The translations under genes were made by a program, and so were the position numbers. Below, piece by piece: positions 1 to 10,049 of a stretch of DNA of 64,000 nt. The first letter of the stretch is position 1, and each line of letters opens with the position of its first letter. The stretch comes from an uncultured Chloroflexia bacterium (GTDB lineage: Bacteria > Chloroflexota > Limnocylindria > Limnocylindrales > CSP1-4). The notes below the pieces were generated by a model. That model saw only the letters and a list, made by a program, of their open reading frames with translations, did not search any database and was not told the origin of the DNA. The stretch lies in NCBI GenBank assembly GCA_963720715.1, contig CAVRGM010000002.1, forward strand, positions 129,871 to 193,870, in the 5' to 3' direction.

Positions 1-69
1 AATCGACAGCCCTGCTGCCGTGCCGCGACATCATCGGGTGGGCCGGGTCCCGCTGTCGAGCGGTATCGT

Positions 70-1602
70 GTGGGCATGGCCACGGAGAAGGAGATCCTCA
101 CGATCGGCGGCCGCGAAGTCACGGTCACGAACCCGCGGAAGGTCTACTTCCCGGAGACGGGCCACACGAAACTCGATCTGGTCAACTATTACCTGGCGGT
201 CGCGGACGGGGCGTTGTGCGGCGCCGGTGGGCGGCCGATGGCCCTGAAACGGTTCGTGGACGGCGCCGCCGGGCAGCCGTTCTTCCAGAAGCGGGCGCCT
301 GAGAACCTGCCCGAGTTCATCCGGACGGCTACCTTGACGTTCCCGTCCGGGCGGACCGCCGACGAGGTCGTCATCGATGACGCGGCCGGTCTCGCCTGGG
401 TCGCCAACCTCGGCTGCATCGACCTCAACCCGCACCCGGTCCGGGCCGAGGACCTCGACCATCCCGATGAACTCCGGGTGGACCTGGATCCGGTACCCGG
501 CGTTGCCTGGGCACAGATCCGGGACGTCGCCATGGCGGTCCGGGAGGCGCTTGCCGCCGTCGACCTCGTGGGCTGGCCCAAGACGTCCGGGTCACGCGGG
601 ATCCATATCAACGTCCGGATCGAACCGCGCTGGACGTATCCGGAGGTTCGGCGCGCCGCACTGGCCCTCGCCCGGGACGTCGAGCACCGCGTCCCGGACC
701 TGGCTACCTCCAAATGGTGGAAGGAGGAGCGCCATGGCGTTTTCCTCGACTACAACCAGAACGCCAAGGACCGGACCGTGGCATCGGCCTACTCCGTCCG
801 GCCCCTACCCGACGCCCGCGTCTCCACGCCGTTGTCCTGGGACGAGGTGCCGACCGTCGAGGCGGAGGCGTTCACGATCGATACGGTACCGGCACGGTAT
901 GCGGCCATCGGGGACCCTGGCGCCGGCATCGACGGTGCGGTCGGCTCGCTCGAGGCGCTCCTCGCGCTGAGCGCACGACACGAAGCGGAGGGGCTGGGCG
1001 ACGCGCCCTGGCCGCCGAACTACGCCAAGCAGGCCGGCGAGCCACCTCGAGTCCAACCCTCGAAGGCGCGACGCAAACCAGCCGAGTACGACCCGGGACG
1101 GGGTGAAGGAGGTGGGCCACCACCCGATGTGGCCGCGGAGCGCGCGGCGGCCGTCGCGGCAGGCGATCCCGACGCCGGGCTGCCGAACGAGTGGGTCGGG
1201 TCGCGACCCACTCCCACGGGTCGCCGCAAGTCGAACATCCCGGTCGTCGAGATCGCCCGGGCGGAGCACAAGAAGGAGGCGCTGGCCGGGCTGGACCGCT
1301 GGAAAGCGCGCCACGCGGACATCGTCGGCTTCCTCGAGCCGGCCGACATCCTCATCGATTCGATGCGCGGGCGGTCGACGACATGGACCCGCGTCCGGGT
1401 CAATCTCGTGCACGTTCCCGAGGGCGAACGACCCGTGCAGGAGCCGCTCGAATCAGATTTCGACCCGTGGGCCGGCCAGGATATCGAGGCCTGGAAGGCG
1501 GCCACGGCGGGTTCGCGCGCGCGGCGGCCTGGGCCGAAGTCCAAGTCGGGATCGCCCAAGCCGGAACCGCCGAAGACGCCGACCGACGACCCATCCGCGT
1601 GA
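70..1602 (+). CDS. Stand-alone primase-polymerase of the LigD Pol-domain family (Prim-PolC-like), with a roughly 200-aa basic, Pro-rich C-terminal extension
   Basis: GTG start at 70. The N-terminal 300 aa carries LigD polymerase-domain motifs (EVTVTNPRKVYFPETGHTKLDLVNYYLAVA, HRVPDLATSKWWKEER). It ends in a GTGA overlap with the next gene. Confidence 0.85.
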   Translation: MGMATEKEILTIGGREVTVTNPRKVYFPETGHTKLDLVNYYLAVADGALCGAGGRPMALKRFVDGAAGQPFFQKRAPENLPEFIRTATLTFPSGRTADEVVIDDAAGLAWVANLGCIDLNPHPVRAEDLDHPDELRVDLDPVPGVAWAQIRDVAMAVREALAAVDLVGWPKTSGSRGIHINVRIEPRWTYPEVRRAALALARDVEHRVPDLATSKWWKEERHGVFLDYNQNAKDRTVASAYSVRPLPDARVSTPLSWDEVPTVEAEAFTIDTVPARYAAIGDPGAGIDGAVGSLEALLALSARHEAEGLGDAPWPPNYAKQAGEPPRVQPSKARRKPAEYDPGRGEGGGPPPDVAAERAAAVAAGDPDAGLPNEWVGSRPTPTGRRKSNIPVVEIARAEHKKEALAGLDRWKARHADIVGFLEPADILIDSMRGRSTTWTRVRVNLVHVPEGERPVQEPLESDFDPWAGQDIEAWKAATAGSRARRPGPKSKSGSPKPEPPKTPTDDPSA

Positions 1603-2381
1603 CGCGCGACGAGTTCCACGCCTTGCTCGAGACCCTCGCGGCCGGCTGGGCCGACGGCGATGCGTCGGCGGTGGCCGCCTGTTTCGCTGAGCGGGTCGAT
1701 TACCTCGATCCGTACCGGTACCGGTTCGAGTCCCGCATGGATCTGGTGCCGTTCTTCGAACCGCCAGCCGGCGGCCACCACGTCACGTGGCACACGATCC
1801 TGTGGGACGACACGGCCCAGACGGGCAGCGTCGAGTACACCTATGTGGGGCACCACGCCTATCACGGGGCGGCGGTCGCGCATGTCGATGCGGCCGGGCA
1901 GATCGATGCCTGGCGCGAATGGCAGCATCTCGACGATGGCGTCGATTGGGAGACTCGCGTGCGCGGACGGAGGCCGGTCTCGAGCGAACCCGATGCGGCG
2001 GTCCTCGGAACGATCGACCACGTCCAACTCGGCATGTCGGCCGGTGGGGAGGAGCGTGCCCGAGCGTTCTACGGTGCGATCCTTGGCCTCCGGGAAGTCG
2101 CCAAGCCTGACGAGCTGGCCCGGCGCGGCGGAGCCTGGTTCGCCGGCCGGTCCGTCGCCATCCACCTCGGCGTGGAGGCCGACTTCCGGCCGGCGTCCAG
2201 GGCGCATCCGGCGTTCACCGTGGATGACCTCGATGCGGTACGCGGCCGGTTGGCGGCGGCCGGGGTGACGACGACCGCCGACGACAGCGGGATACCCGTC
2301 AGACGCTGCTACGTGCACGACCCGTTCGGCAATCGGATCGAACTCGTTGATGCGCGTGATGCCGGGTTCTCTGCGCGCTGA
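1599..2381 (+). CDS. SnoaL-like (NTF2 fold) domain fused to a glyoxalase/VOC domain protein
   Basis: GTG at 1599 is in frame with ORF 1191..2381, and the stop of the upstream ORF lies inside it. The N-terminal half resembles SnoaL/NTF2 proteins and the C-terminal half (HVQLGMSAGGEERARAFYGAILGL...HDPFGNRIELV) resembles the VOC/glyoxalase fold. Confidence 0.6.
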   Translation: MTRDEFHALLETLAAGWADGDASAVAACFAERVDYLDPYRYRFESRMDLVPFFEPPAGGHHVTWHTILWDDTAQTGSVEYTYVGHHAYHGAAVAHVDAAGQIDAWREWQHLDDGVDWETRVRGRRPVSSEPDAAVLGTIDHVQLGMSAGGEERARAFYGAILGLREVAKPDELARRGGAWFAGRSVAIHLGVEADFRPASRAHPAFTVDDLDAVRGRLAAAGVTTTADDSGIPVRRCYVHDPFGNRIELVDARDAGFSAR

Positions 2382-2390
2382 GCGGCCCGG

Positions 2391-3485
2391 CTAGCCCTTC
2401 GTGCCGAAGATGCCGGCCAGCAGGAATGGGGCCGTCTCTTCGAGCTGGTCGTAGCGGCAGGCGTCGGTCGGCTTGTCCGGGCGCCAGCGCTTGAACGTCG
2501 TGGCGTGGCGGAAGCGATCGCCCTGGAGGTGGTCGTAGGCGACCTCCGCGACGCGCTCGATGCGGAGCGGTTCCCAGGACAGGTCCTTGCCGCGGTTCCA
2601 ACGGGATGTCGCTCCGGGCAACCGTTGGCCGGATGCATCGGCGTCACCTGTCGCCGCCCACTCGGCCCACTCCTGCCACGGATGGTCGTCGGCGGCACCT
2701 GACCGCAACGGCGCGAGCTCGTCCACGAGTTCCGCTCGACGATCCCAGGTGAAGGACGAGGTGATCCCGACGTGATGGAGCGTGCCGTCGTCGTCGTACA
2801 ACCCGAGCAACAGTGACCCGACGTGGGTCCCTGGGCCGTTCTTGTGCCATCGGAAGCCGGCGACGACGCAGTCGGCGGTCCGCTGATGCTTGATCTTGAG
2901 CATCGCCCGCTTGCCCGGCTGGTACGGCGCGTCGAGGCGCTTGGCGACCACGCCATCGAGGCCGGCACCCTCGAACCGTTCGAACCAATCCGCCGCTGTG
3001 GCGCGATCATGCGTCGCGGGAGTCAAGTGGATGGGTGCCGTGGCGTTCCCCAGCACCGCCTCCAGACGGGCTCGTCGCTCACCTTGTGGCGTTTGTCGCA
3101 GGTCATCATCGCCGAGCGCAAGGAGGTCCCAGGCCACGAACGATGCGGGTGATTCATCGGCCAGCATCCGGACGCGCGAGGCGGCCGGATGGATCCGCAG
3201 CAACAAGGCCCCGAAGTCGAGCGCGCCGTCCCGCGCGATGACCACCTCGCCGTCGAGGACGCAACGGTCCGGCAGCGCAGCCAGCAGCGGCGCGGCCAAC
3301 TCTGGGAAATAGCGGTCGAGCGGCTTCAGGTCCCGCGATTGCGTGTAGACCTCGTCCCCATCACGAAACACGATCGCGCGGAAGCCGTCCCATTTGGGCT
3401 CGAACAGCCAGTCGTCGCCGGCCGGGATGTCGGGCGCGGCCTTGGCGAGCATCGGCTCGAGTGGCGGGTCGAACGGCAAGTCCAT
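2391..3485 (-). CDS. ligC: ATP-dependent DNA ligase, LigC-like (adenylation plus OB domains)
   Basis: Internal ATG at M190 of ORF 2391..4052. The sequence is MDLPFDPPLEPMLAKA...LDGEVVIARDG...EGAGLDGVVAKRLDAPYQPGKRAMLKIKH. The adjacent polymerase gene mirrors the mycobacterial LigC/Prim-PolC pairing. Confidence 0.85.
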   Translation of the reverse strand: MDLPFDPPLEPMLAKAAPDIPAGDDWLFEPKWDGFRAIVFRDGDEVYTQSRDLKPLDRYFPELAAPLLAALPDRCVLDGEVVIARDGALDFGALLLRIHPAASRVRMLADESPASFVAWDLLALGDDDLRQTPQGERRARLEAVLGNATAPIHLTPATHDRATAADWFERFEGAGLDGVVAKRLDAPYQPGKRAMLKIKHQRTADCVVAGFRWHKNGPGTHVGSLLLGLYDDDGTLHHVGITSSFTWDRRAELVDELAPLRSGAADDHPWQEWAEWAATGDADASGQRLPGATSRWNRGKDLSWEPLRIERVAEVAYDHLQGDRFRHATTFKRWRPDKPTDACRYDQLEETAPFLLAGIFGTKG

Positions 3486-3596
3486 CGGCGCCAACGATAC
3501 CGCCCGGCGGCCACGCCGCGGAACCACACGACCCAGCGAGCCGTCTCGACCGGGCCGACTCGGCCAGCCAGGCCGCGGCACTACGGAGGTCCGATC

Positions 3597-4517
3597 ATGC
3601 GCACCATCCGTCCATTCCTGCTCCTCGCCGCCGTCAGCCTGGTCATGGCAGCCTGCGCCGGCTCTGCTTCGGCCCCCAACCTCGACACGGTCGGGTCCCC
3701 GGTATCCGAGAACGACGGTGCCCAACTCAGCGGTGGCGCCGCCGCGAGCGCGGCTCCAGATGCCGCATCCAACCCGGAGCCATATGCACCCGGCCAGATC
3801 GCGGCCGTCGATGATGCCCGGATCATCCGCACCGGCACGATGTCGCTGGACGTCAGTGACGTCCCGGCGGCGTTGCGGGCCGCTCGCGATGCGATCATCG
3901 GCCTGGGCGGCTACATCGGCGCGTCGACGACCAGCAACGACGACCGACCGACGGCCGCGGTCACCTACCGGATCCCCGTCGTCCGATGGGAGCAGGCCTT
4001 GGATGCGCTGAGGAACCTCAACGGCCTGACGACCAAGGTCGTGGCCGAGCACACCGATGCGATCGAGGTGACCAGCCAGATCGTCGACCTCGATGCGCGG
4101 ATCCTCAACCTCCGGGCCAGCGAGACCGCACTCCAGGCGATCGCCGCCCAGGCGACCAAGATCAGCGACATCCTCGATGTGCAGGCTCGGCTGACCGAGA
4201 CCCGCGGCCAGATCGAATCGCTGGCGGCGCAGCGCAAGGACCTCAGTGACCGAGCCGACTACTCGTCGCTCACCGTCAGCTTCAACGTGCCGGTCGTCGC
4301 CGTCGAGGTCGCGACCAGCGGCTGGGACCCCGCCAGCGTGGTCAATTCGGCCTCGGCAACGATGGTCTCCGTGCTCCAGGGCGTGGCCACCGCCGGGATC
4401 TGGTTCGGCATCGTCTGGCTGCCCATCATCCTGGTCGTCGGGCTGCTGTGTCTCGCATTCGTCGTGATCGCCCGACGGTTGGGCGTTGGCCGGCGGGTGA
4501 CCCTCGACCAGGGGTAG
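3597..4517 (+). CDS. DUF4349-like lipoprotein with a C-terminal transmembrane anchor
   Basis: ATG at 3597 lies 6 nt after a GGAGGT ribosome-binding site. The protein has a lipoprotein signal (LLLAAVSLVMAACAGS), a coiled-coil middle region and a C-terminal TM segment. Confidence 0.7.
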   Translation: MRTIRPFLLLAAVSLVMAACAGSASAPNLDTVGSPVSENDGAQLSGGAAASAAPDAASNPEPYAPGQIAAVDDARIIRTGTMSLDVSDVPAALRAARDAIIGLGGYIGASTTSNDDRPTAAVTYRIPVVRWEQALDALRNLNGLTTKVVAEHTDAIEVTSQIVDLDARILNLRASETALQAIAAQATKISDILDVQARLTETRGQIESLAAQRKDLSDRADYSSLTVSFNVPVVAVEVATSGWDPASVVNSASATMVSVLQGVATAGIWFGIVWLPIILVVGLLCLAFVVIARRLGVGRRVTLDQG

Positions 4518-4551
4518 GACCGGCGGTCACCGGGCATGGCACGATGCACGG

Positions 4552-5373
4552 ATGACCGATCAGACCGAACGCTACGACCGGATCGCGACCGGCTACGCGC
4601 GCTGGTGGGCGCCGGTCCTCGCACCGGCAGTCGGGGAGCTCGTCGACGAGGTCACCCCCCGGGCCTCGTCCTGGGTGAGCGTCCTGGACCTCGGGACGGG
4701 GACCGGCCAGCTTGCGCTGTCGGCCCTCGAGCGTTGGCCGAACGCGGCGATCGTCGGCGTGGATGCATCGGTCGGGATGCTGGCCCTGGCCGACGTGGCC
4801 GCGGATGCCCGGCTTGACCCCGGACAGCGGACGCGGTTCGAGACAGTGACGGCGATGGCCGACGAGCTGCCATTCGAAGATGGCTCGTTCGACGCCGTGA
4901 TCTCGTCGTTCGTCCTCCAGCTCGTGCCGAACCGGGCGCGGGCGCTGCGTGAAGCGCGCCGGGTGCTCCGGCCCGACGGCCACCTGGCGTACGTCTCGTG
5001 GCTGGATGACGACCGACAGTTCCGTCCCGACACCATGTACGACGACCTGCTCGATGAGCTGGGTCTGGAGGGGCGCTGGTCTGGTGGCCGGTCCGGCGAC
5101 ATCCCGACGGTCGAGCGCGCCGCGGGTGAACTCCGCCGAGCCGGGTTCGCTGGTGCTTCCGCCAGACGAGGCACGCTGCGGCATCGGTTCACGGTCGAGG
5201 GCTATCTCGCATTCCTGACCGAATTCGACGAAGAGAGCTACCTCGGCGAGCTCGACCGGTCCGTTCGGGAACGGCTCGTGGGCACGCTGCGCGATCGCCT
5301 CGATCGATTGAGCGATGCGGATATGACGATGACCTACCCGATCGTCTTCGCGAGCGGCCGCCGCTCGCGCTGA
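4552..5373 (+). CDS. Class I SAM-dependent methyltransferase
   Basis: Motif I VLDLGTGTGQL and post-II motif LRPDGHLAYVSW. Confidence 0.8.
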   Translation: MTDQTERYDRIATGYARWWAPVLAPAVGELVDEVTPRASSWVSVLDLGTGTGQLALSALERWPNAAIVGVDASVGMLALADVAADARLDPGQRTRFETVTAMADELPFEDGSFDAVISSFVLQLVPNRARALREARRVLRPDGHLAYVSWLDDDRQFRPDTMYDDLLDELGLEGRWSGGRSGDIPTVERAAGELRRAGFAGASARRGTLRHRFTVEGYLAFLTEFDEESYLGELDRSVRERLVGTLRDRLDRLSDADMTMTYPIVFASGRRSR

Positions 5374-5384
5374 ACGACGGCCCG

Positions 5385-6068
5385 CTACTCGGACGAGGCG
5401 TCGCCCGCTGGAGCCTCGCCGGCTTCGCCACCTTCGCCGGCCTCGCCCTCGCCTTCTTCCGGTGCACCCTCGCCGATCTCGGCCTCGACGACGGGCGCTT
5501 CCTCGACCCGTGGTGGCTGGACCTTGGCGATGATGTCGTCGCCGTCGGTCACGAGCACCACGTCGCCCGGGATGACAAGGTCTCGGACGTGCATGGTCGT
5601 GTCGAAGTCGACCAGCGACTCGACCGAATACTCGATCGCCTGCGGCAGGTGATCCGGCAAGGCCCGGATGCGGACGGATTCGATCGGGTGGAGGAGTGTC
5701 CCGCCCTGGAGGGTGACCGCGGGCAAATCGCCGATCGCGACGAGCGGCACATCGACGGTCAGCTCCTCGGTCATCCGGACGAGGAACAGATCGACGTGGA
5801 TGGTCCGTCGGTTGACCGGGTGGACCTGGACGGACGAGACCAGGACCGGTCTGGCCTTCTGACCGTCTACGGACAGGTCGACCAGCGCGTTCGGGCCGGA
5901 GTGTCGGCGGAGTTGCTCGAAGTCATGAGCATCGATCGAGATCGGGTCCGACGCTTCGCCATGGCCATACACGACCGCCGGCAATCGACCGGCATCGCGG
6001 AGTCGGGCGACCTTCTTGCCAGTCAGGTCGCGATGTTCGGCGGCCAGCGTCGCGCGGGCGGTGGACAT
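5385..6068 (-). CDS. rplY: 50S ribosomal protein L25 / general stress protein Ctc, with an acidic Glu/Gly/Ala-rich tail
   Basis: ATG at 6068 (M41 of ORF 5385..6188). Conserved L25 core (KVARLRDAGRLPAVVYGHG...PVNRRTIHVDL). Confidence 0.85.
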   Translation of the reverse strand: MSTARATLAAEHRDLTGKKVARLRDAGRLPAVVYGHGEASDPISIDAHDFEQLRRHSGPNALVDLSVDGQKARPVLVSSVQVHPVNRRTIHVDLFLVRMTEELTVDVPLVAIGDLPAVTLQGGTLLHPIESVRIRALPDHLPQAIEYSVESLVDFDTTMHVRDLVIPGDVVLVTDGDDIIAKVQPPRVEEAPVVEAEIGEGAPEEGEGEAGEGGEAGEAPAGDASSE

Positions 6069-6178
6069 GTCTTGGAACCTCGGGATGTGTTGGTCTGAGC
6101 GTTCAGGCCGCGGCTCGCTGGCGAGGCGCCCGGAAGCGTCGGCTAGGGTACCACGGCCGCGCGGTGTAGCATCCCGTC

Positions 6179-6877
6179 GTGGCAGCAACGATCCTCATCG
6201 TCGAAGACGAGCACGCCGTCGCGCGTGGCATCCAGTACGCGCTCCAGCAGGAGGGCTACGAGGTGGCCGTCGCGAGGTCGGGCGAAGAAGGCCTGGACAT
6301 CGCGACCAAGCAGGCACCGGACCTTGTCGTCCTCGACGTCCGGCTGCCCGGGATGGATGGCTTCGAGGTCCTGCGCCGCCTTCGGGCGGCCGGAGCCAAG
6401 ATGCCGGTCCTGGTCCTGACCGCCCGCGATGATGAGGTCGACAAGGTCATCGGTCTGGAGCTCGGCGCGGACGACTACCTGACCAAGCCCTTCGGGTTGC
6501 GCGAGTTGATGAGTCGGATCAAGGCATTGCTCCGCCGTTCCTACGGTGACCTGTCCGACGCGGTCGGTGGGCGGGTCATCCGGCATCGCGATCTGCTCAT
6601 CGACCTGGAGCGTCGACGTGTCCAGCGAGGCGATCGGCGGGTCAGCCTGACCCCGACCGAATTCGAGATCCTGCGTCACCTGGCATCGCGACCCGGACGT
6701 GTCTACACCCGGTCCGAATTGCTCGAACTGCTGCGTGACTACGAGGCGCTCGACCAGGACGAGAAGACGATCAACGTCCATGTCAGCCATCTGCGCGACA
6801 AGATCGAGGACGATCCGGCCACGCCGGCCTTCGTCTTGACGGTCCGAGGTGTCGGCTACGCCTTTGCCGAGCGCTGA
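6179..6877 (+). CDS. OmpR-family response regulator (MprA/MtrA-like)
   Basis: GTG start. Receiver motifs ILIVEDE, DLVVLDVRLPGMDG and KPF, followed by a winged-helix DNA-binding domain. Confidence 0.9.
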   Translation: MAATILIVEDEHAVARGIQYALQQEGYEVAVARSGEEGLDIATKQAPDLVVLDVRLPGMDGFEVLRRLRAAGAKMPVLVLTARDDEVDKVIGLELGADDYLTKPFGLRELMSRIKALLRRSYGDLSDAVGGRVIRHRDLLIDLERRRVQRGDRRVSLTPTEFEILRHLASRPGRVYTRSELLELLRDYEALDQDEKTINVHVSHLRDKIEDDPATPAFVLTVRGVGYAFAER

Positions 6878-6914
6878 TCGACCGGCGGAGCGACGATCCC
6901 GCTTCCCGCATGGG

Positions 6915-8540
6915 ATGCGCCGGCTGCTCCCGAGGACGTTCCAGGGCCGCCTGACCGGTGCCTTCGTGTTCGTCGTGACGCTGACCCTGGCGCTCGTCAC
7001 GGTCCTCGTCATCAACCGCCTCGACGACTACTTCTCGACCCAGCAGAAACTCGACCTGGAACAGCGCGCCACGTCCGTCGCCACGTTCGTGTCCGGGGTT
7101 GCCGCGGGGGCGGCCGATGGCCGGCCGGTGGTGGGAGTCGATAGCCGCATCGACCCTGCCGTGCTGGCTGCCATGCAGGAGCCCCGCTTCCAGGGGCTCA
7201 TCGCCGACACCCTCGGCCAGGCCGACGTCTCGATCACCTTCGGGGAGTCCGTCGCGAACGGCGAGGGGCGGACGTTCATCCCTGCGGCAGACGAATCGAT
7301 CCTGGCAAGGGTCGCGGCCGCGCCGGCCCCCGGCCAGACCCAGGAACGAGACGCCGGCTACCGACACGTCTACAGCGCGGGCGGCCTGTACACGCCGTAC
7401 GCGATCGAAGTCAGATTGTCGAACCCGTACACGTTCAGGGCCGTCGCCCTGGCCAATGTCACGGGCCTGCTTGCCGCCGTTGCGCTGTTCGCGCTGGCGT
7501 TGAGTGTGGTCGTCTCGGCCGCCATGGCCCGGCGCTTCACGACCCCGCTGCGCCGATTGACCGAGGCGTCGCGCGGGTTGGCTGAGGGCGATCTCGATCG
7601 GCGGGTCCCGGCCGACCAGGTCCGAGCCGGCTCGTCCGAGCTGGCCGAATTGGCCGTGCAGTTCAACGCCATGGCCGACCGGCTCCAGGAGAGCGTCGAG
7701 ATCATCCGTCACGACCGGGATCGGAGCCGTGATTTCCTGGCCGACGTCTCGCACGAGTTGCGGACGCCACTGGCGGCGCTCCGGACCTTCAACGAACTCC
7801 TGACCGAAGGCGCGGCCGACGATCCGGCGGCCCGATCGGAGTTCCTGGAGTCGAGCGGCCAGCAGATCGAACGCCTCGATTGGCTGGCCCAGAACCTGCT
7901 GGAACTCTCCAAGCTCAATTCCGGGTTGGTCCTGCTCGACCTTCGCCCGGATGATCTGCGGGCCGCGGTCGAGTCGTCAGTCGACCAGGCGACCGCGGCA
8001 GCCACCCGACGCGGCGTGGTCCTGTCCCTGCACCTGCCCGATGGGCCGATCCGGATCCGGCATGACCCGCAGCGGATCGGCCAGGTCGTGGCCAACCTCG
8101 TCGCGAACGCCATCAAGTTCACGCCGCCGGGCGGATCGGTGACCGTGGACGTCCAGCCTGCGCCGGACGGGGCCGTCATCCAGGTCAGCGACACCGGCGT
8201 CGGGATCGAAACGGCAGAGCTGCCCCACATCTTCGAACGCTTCTACCGTGGTTCGCGCCTGAACGAGGCGCGTGGCAGCGGCAGCGGTCTCGGGCTGGCC
8301 ATCGTTCACTCGATCGTCGACATGCACGGCGGGACGATCGAAGTCGAGAGTCGCATCGGGTCGGGTACCCGGTTCACCATCCGGTTGCCGCGTGATCCAC
8401 GATTGATCGAGGGCAGTCCGGACGCCGAGCGCGCGGCTGTGGCGTCGGCGGCTGCGGGGCGGGCGCGAGCGGGCGATCCGAACATGCAGGAAACTTCACC
8501 GTCCGAGCGGCCGCAGGTCAACCCTGAACCGGCACCCTGA
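6915..8540 (+). CDS. Sensor histidine kinase (TM-HAMP-HisKA-HATPase; MprB-like)
   Basis: ATG at 6915 (MRRLLP). An alternative GTG at 6849 overlaps the response regulator by 29 nt. H-box SHELRTPL, N-box and G-boxes GTGLGLAIV. Confidence 0.85.
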   Translation: MRRLLPRTFQGRLTGAFVFVVTLTLALVTVLVINRLDDYFSTQQKLDLEQRATSVATFVSGVAAGAADGRPVVGVDSRIDPAVLAAMQEPRFQGLIADTLGQADVSITFGESVANGEGRTFIPAADESILARVAAAPAPGQTQERDAGYRHVYSAGGLYTPYAIEVRLSNPYTFRAVALANVTGLLAAVALFALALSVVVSAAMARRFTTPLRRLTEASRGLAEGDLDRRVPADQVRAGSSELAELAVQFNAMADRLQESVEIIRHDRDRSRDFLADVSHELRTPLAALRTFNELLTEGAADDPAARSEFLESSGQQIERLDWLAQNLLELSKLNSGLVLLDLRPDDLRAAVESSVDQATAAATRRGVVLSLHLPDGPIRIRHDPQRIGQVVANLVANAIKFTPPGGSVTVDVQPAPDGAVIQVSDTGVGIETAELPHIFERFYRGSRLNEARGSGSGLGLAIVHSIVDMHGGTIEVESRIGSGTRFTIRLPRDPRLIEGSPDAERAAVASAAAGRARAGDPNMQETSPSERPQVNPEPAP

Positions 8541-8606
8541 GGACTGACAACCCGACTCTCGGTCGCTCACCGACCGACCAATGCCCGGAAGGGACCTGCG
8601 ACGGAC

Positions 8607-10028
8607 ATGCACGACGAACCCAGCCATGACGGCACCGACCCGAGTGAACTGACGCAACGCCAACCGACGGTGCCGTTCACGCCAGCCCCGATCAGCCCCG
8701 CTGCGCCGATCACCCCCGCGGACGCCGGCCCCAGCGAGACTCCGCCGGCCGACCACTTCGCGCCAGGCCCGGAGCCACGCGCCGCGCGGACCTGGGCCTG
8801 GGACGAGACCCCCGCGGTCACTCCGGAGCGCTGGTACGAGCCGGCACCGGCGGCCGTGGAGGCCACGACCCCGACGAAGCCGAGCCGCGCACGCACGGGC
8901 ACGAGCTCCATCCTTGCGGTCTCGCTCCTGTCGGCGGTTCTCGCCTCGGGTGGGACGGTCCTCGCCCTGGGTGCCAGTGGCGCGCTCGATCGCCAGGCCA
9001 GCCCGACATCGGCGGTCGCACAGGGCACCAACGTCGGCAGCGTCCAGCCGGTCACCATCGATGAGTCGTCGGCTACCGTCGCGGTCGCGGCCAAGGTCAG
9101 CCCGGCCGTCGTCCGGATCACCGTGACCGGGACCACGAACGCCGGCAACCTGGGCGTGATCCCCTCCACCGGCGTCGGGTCGGGCATCATCTTCGACAGC
9201 AACGGCTGGATCCTGACCAACCACCACGTCGTCGAGGGCGGCGGGAAGTTCGACGTCGAACTCAAGGACGGTCGAGTCCTCCAGGGCAAGGTCTACGGCA
9301 TCGACACCCTGACCGACCTGGCCATCGTCAAGGTCGATGCGACCGACCTGCCGTCCGTGGCGATCGGTGAATCCGATGCACTCAAGGTCGGCCAGCTGGT
9401 GGTCGCCATCGGCAGCCCGCTGGGCACGTATTCGAATTCGGTGACCAGCGGCATCGTGTCGGCCAAGGGTCGATCGATCACGACCGACAACGGCGAGCAA
9501 CTGTCCAACCTCATCCAGACCGATGCGGCCATCAACCCGGGCAATTCCGGCGGTCCGCTGCTGGATGCCGGCGGCAACGTCATCGGCATCAACACGGCCA
9601 TCGCGTCCAACAGCAACGGGATCGGCTTTGCCATCCCGATCGACATCGCCCGGCCGATCATGGCCCAGGCCGTGGCCGGCAAGGAACTCAGCCGCCCCTA
9701 TCTGGGCATCCGCTTCGTGTCCATCGACCGGCAGGTCGCCGACGAGGAGAAGCTGCCCGTCCAGATCGGCGCGCTGGTCCGCGGCTTCAACCAGAACACG
9801 GGACAGCAGGAGAGCGGGATCGTACCCGGCCAGCCGGCCGAGAAAGGCGGCATCAAGGACGGCGACATCGTGACCAGCGTCAACGGCAAGGTCATCGATG
9901 AGGAGCATCCACTCGATGCCACGCTCGCCCAGTTCTCACCCGGCGATACCGTGACCATCGACGTCCTGCGCGACGGCGCGCACGTCTCGCTGCAGGTGAC
10001 GCTGGGGACTCGACCGCCCGGCCTGTAA
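8607..10028 (+). CDS. HtrA/DegP-family trypsin-like serine protease with a C-terminal PDZ domain (PepD-like)
   Basis: Catalytic-triad context TNHHVV...DLAIVKV...GNSGGPL, followed by a PDZ domain. It sits downstream of the two-component system, as in mprAB-pepD. Confidence 0.9.
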   Translation: MHDEPSHDGTDPSELTQRQPTVPFTPAPISPAAPITPADAGPSETPPADHFAPGPEPRAARTWAWDETPAVTPERWYEPAPAAVEATTPTKPSRARTGTSSILAVSLLSAVLASGGTVLALGASGALDRQASPTSAVAQGTNVGSVQPVTIDESSATVAVAAKVSPAVVRITVTGTTNAGNLGVIPSTGVGSGIIFDSNGWILTNHHVVEGGGKFDVELKDGRVLQGKVYGIDTLTDLAIVKVDATDLPSVAIGESDALKVGQLVVAIGSPLGTYSNSVTSGIVSAKGRSITTDNGEQLSNLIQTDAAINPGNSGGPLLDAGGNVIGINTAIASNSNGIGFAIPIDIARPIMAQAVAGKELSRPYLGIRFVSIDRQVADEEKLPVQIGALVRGFNQNTGQQESGIVPGQPAEKGGIKDGDIVTSVNGKVIDEEHPLDATLAQFSPGDTVTIDVLRDGAHVSLQVTLGTRPPGL

Positions 10029-10049
10029 GCCTCCTGTCAGGGGCGACGC

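Noticed and set aside
1020-2318. 432-aa minus-strand ORF across the polymerase and SnoaL-VOC genes
   Set aside because: Antisense shadow ORF. The plus-strand genes have clear LigD-Pol and VOC signatures.
8496-9908. 470-aa minus-strand ORF antisense to the htrA-like gene
   Set aside because: It is a shadow ORF in 70% GC DNA. It is Arg/Gly/Asp-rich with no motifs, while the sense-strand protein has clear HtrA and PDZ signatures.
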